A DNA stretch of 64,000 nt from Macrostomum lignano. Its lineage: Eukaryota. Position numbers and translations under genes: made by a program. This document shows positions 61,241-64,000 of this stretch, piece by piece. The number at the start of each line of letters is the position of its first letter. The first letter of the stretch is position 1. The DNA lies in assembly GCA_002269645.1 (NCBI GenBank), contig NIVC01001025.1, positions 62,001-126,000 of the forward strand, in the 5' to 3' direction. Under the pieces are notes generated by a model. The model saw only the letters and a list, made by a program, of their open reading frames with translations, had not been told where the DNA came from and ran no database searches.

Positions 61241-61875
61241 GGGTTCACGGTCTTCACGTCACAGTCCCCGGGTTCACGGTCTTCACGTCACAGTCCCCGG
61301 GTTCACGGTCTTCGCTCCAAAGTCCCCGGGTTCACGGTCTTCGCTCCAAAGTTTCCGGGTTCACGGTCTTCGCTCCAAAATCCCCGGGTTCACGGTCTTC
61401 GCATCATAGTCCCCGGGTTCACGGTCTTCGCTCCAAAATCCCGAGTTCACGGTCTTCGCTCCAAAATCCCCGGGTTCACGGTCTTCGCATCATTGTCCTC
61501 GGTTCACGGTCTTCGCTCCAAAATCCCCGGGTTCACGGTCTTCGCATCATTGTCCCCGGTTCACGGTCTTCGCTCTAAAACCCCGGGTTCACGGTCTTCG
61601 CTCCAAAGTCACCGGGTTCACGGTCTTCGCTCCAAAGTCCCCGAGTTCACGGTCTTCTCTCCAAAATCCCCGGGTTCACGGTCTTCGCTCCAAAGTCTCC
61701 GGGTTCACGGTCTTCGAATCAAAGTCCCCGAGTTCACGGTCTTCGAATCAAAATCCCCGAGTTCACGGTCTTCGCTCCAAAGTCCCCGAGTTCACCGTCT
61801 TCGAATCAAAATCCCCGAGTTCACGGTCTTCGAATCAAAGTCCCCGAGTTCACGGTCTTCGCTCCAAAGTCACGG
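61241..61875. repeat. About 29-bp minisatellite (GGGTTCACGGTCTTCGCTCCAAAGTCCCC), related to the 32-bp array
   Basis: Shares GGGTTCACGGTCTT..GC and AGTCCC.GG with 59831-60645. Confidence 0.93.
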
Positions 61876-63894
61876 GTCTAGAGTTTTTCGGCCGACTCCC
61901 CTTTCACAAGGCCACAGAGAGTTTGCATGACTGCTGAAAGTCAGGACCGCTGTACACCCAGGGGTCAGCAGAATGCGCATGGACTGCTTGCCTCGATGCC
62001 CAAAGCCCCCATTCCCAAGGACGGTATGGGGAGAGAGAGCGGAAGAGGGAAGACAGGCTTATAGGACTGGCGAAGAATGAGGTCCACCAGAGAAGAGCAG
62101 AGCCTTCCTGCATGCAAAAAGCCCGAGTGGCCACTCCAGCCAGCCGCAGCGCCCCCCTACAGTCCAGTGAACAATGCCAGTCAATTAGGGAAAAACGAAA
62201 ACTCAACTGCTGCATCAGTGGCGGAGCCGTTCAGGGTCCTAAGCGCTTAATAGCACAGGTAGGATGAAGCCAGCTCTATTAGCATATGCTAGCTAGCGCT
62301 GCAATGGAAAACTATATAGTGAACAGAACAGCTGTTCTGTGTCGGGCATTGCGGTATTGGAGTTTTGCATGTTCTCAACAGACAAAGAAGCCACTGCAGA
62401 GCCACTCGCTAGCAGCAACTTGCAGATGTGGGAGGGCAAAAATATTTGCTGGAGTTTTCAACTTTTTAGCACCAAGCTCACAACATCTCACATTTAGAAC
62501 AGAATTTGGAGGAAATCTATGCGTATCATAGACAAAATAGACGTCTTTTTTTACACAATTTTGCTCTGATTTCTTGCCTTTCTCTGTTCTATAGAAAGGA
62601 AATGTTCTATCTTATCATAAAAACGCTAGAGGAAGTCAGATTATTTATGCTAATAAGATGTTTTTGATCTACGTCCACGGCTTACAGAAGGGACGAAACA
62701 TTTTCGCGTTCAAATATAATTAGAATTTCTCGGAAAAATAGAATCCAATAAAACAAACTAACATTCCGGATCTATAAGAACTCTAAAATAAATTTACGCA
62801 AGAAAAAATGTATTGTTTCAAGTTTTATTATAGTTTGTGGGCGAAATGCTTATCGAAAGTTTATCGCGAGAAAGTTCGAAAAGATTTGCCATTATGTACA
62901 TTTGTAAATATACGAGTCGAGAAAAATACATTAAAGAGAGACAAAAGCAACTGAAATTTCGCTTGCTTGCCGATTTCCAGTAGTCTGCTGGTAAGAGTTT
63001 GGGCAGAATTCGCATCGATCTGGGGAGATTGGCGCTTTGATTCCCGGGTTTCCCAAAGCCCTTCCCGTCCCAGAGATCCTTGCGCAGCATCCCCTTCCAA
63101 TGCATATGATTCTCATTTTCTTTTTTTCTCCATCTCTCGCTGAATCATCTCATCATGGCTAGACCTGAGATCCCGCCAGAGACTTTCCTTCCCTGTGCGG
63201 CTCGCCTCGAATCCGTTAGGATGCTGGAATTGAAGGAATGAAGGAATCAATATGGGCACGAGCACAGCTTCCTCCATGCCAGTTTCATCTTATGTGGTTT
63301 TCTCCCGAGGAAAACACATGATTAAGCTTCAAGTCCTTTCCAATTGCTGGGTGATGTTAAATGTTGCTGTACACCCTGATGTAAGCGTGTGCCTGGGTAC
63401 GTATCCATGTTACTCGTACAATATCGCTGACGGGCCCCAGACCCTCAACAGACCAAAGCCAGATATGGCGCATTGTCCTAAATAAGAGCAGCACAAGTGC
63501 CCCACACTCAGAGCTGTCACTCTCGCTTATGTAGGACTCCGCTGCTAAATTCATTTATGCTTCTCACTCCTACCCCCCGGCTCAGTACTGAGAGCTTGAC
63601 TCATCCAATAATGCTGTCGATTAGTTACAGACTATGGGATTCACAAATCAGAGGATTGCTGCTGAAATGAATCATCCAGCAGCACACCTGTTTAATGTCG
63701 CTGGGCATTTCTGTGGACTGAAAGGGGGTTTATTGATGCGCAGGAGTCGAAGGGACGGAGGCCGGTTGGAGGGGGGTGGGCTGCTGAGGCACGCAGTCTG
63801 TCTGCAGCTTTGATTGATTGGAGGCGATGCGACTTAATTACCACGGCTGTAAGGTTGGGCTCCGATTCTTTGGGATTTTAATGAGTATGTTGCG

Positions 63895-63913
63895 GTCTGT
63901 CTGTCTGTCTATG

Positions 63914-64000
<87 letters not shown>
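63895..64000. repeat. (GTCT)n microsatellite running off the window end
   Basis: Direct inspection. Confidence 0.97.

Noticed and set aside
59844-61930. 240-300-aa Cys/His-rich repeat ORFs
   Set aside because: They are translations of the 32-bp and 29-bp arrays, open in all three frames.
62145-62162. CTCF-like motif (GCGCCCCCTACAG)
   Set aside because: It is a single short match, and CTCF is reported absent from flatworms if the taxon inference holds.
63290-63554. Possible Tc1 transposase relic (DNAP-like motif on the minus strand)
   Set aside because: Only one degenerate motif, with no TIRs or further catalytic motifs.

Overview
This is eukaryotic (animal) genomic DNA, not prokaryotic. 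GC-rich exons with spliceosomal GT-AG introns sit among about 30 unrelated mini- and microsatellite arrays (roughly one third of the window, estimated by hand) and DNA-transposon relics. This style resembles the flatworm Macrostomum lignano, but that is an inference only. Well-supported genes are RMT2 (ankyrin plus type IV arginine methyltransferase, 2 exons, minus), MFAP1 (2 exons, minus), an inhibitory Smad6/7-type gene (3 exons over 12 kb, minus) and the first kinase exon of a PKDCC/VLK-like secretory-pathway kinase (plus). Two adjacent Cys-rich genes that look paralogous (one with a signal peptide) lie at the left end. A weakly supported orphan multi-exon gene lies head-to-head with PKDCC. 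Mobile elements are an hAT non-autonomous element with a perfect 8-bp TSD that is filled by a minisatellite, an IS630/Tc1-like deletion derivative with 151-bp TIRs, two mariner relics (one with a nested LINE 3' fragment) and two MITEs. The oddest signal is four dispersed degenerate copies of the 28S rRNA H69-H71 segment (the R2/I-PpoI/Pokey target), each damaged mainly at the cleavage core; one supplies the 5' splice site of an intron. Almost all long ORFs in the supplied track are artefacts of tandem repeats. No CRISPR array, tRNA or intact rRNA gene was found. Exon boundaries and identities were derived by hand without database searches.
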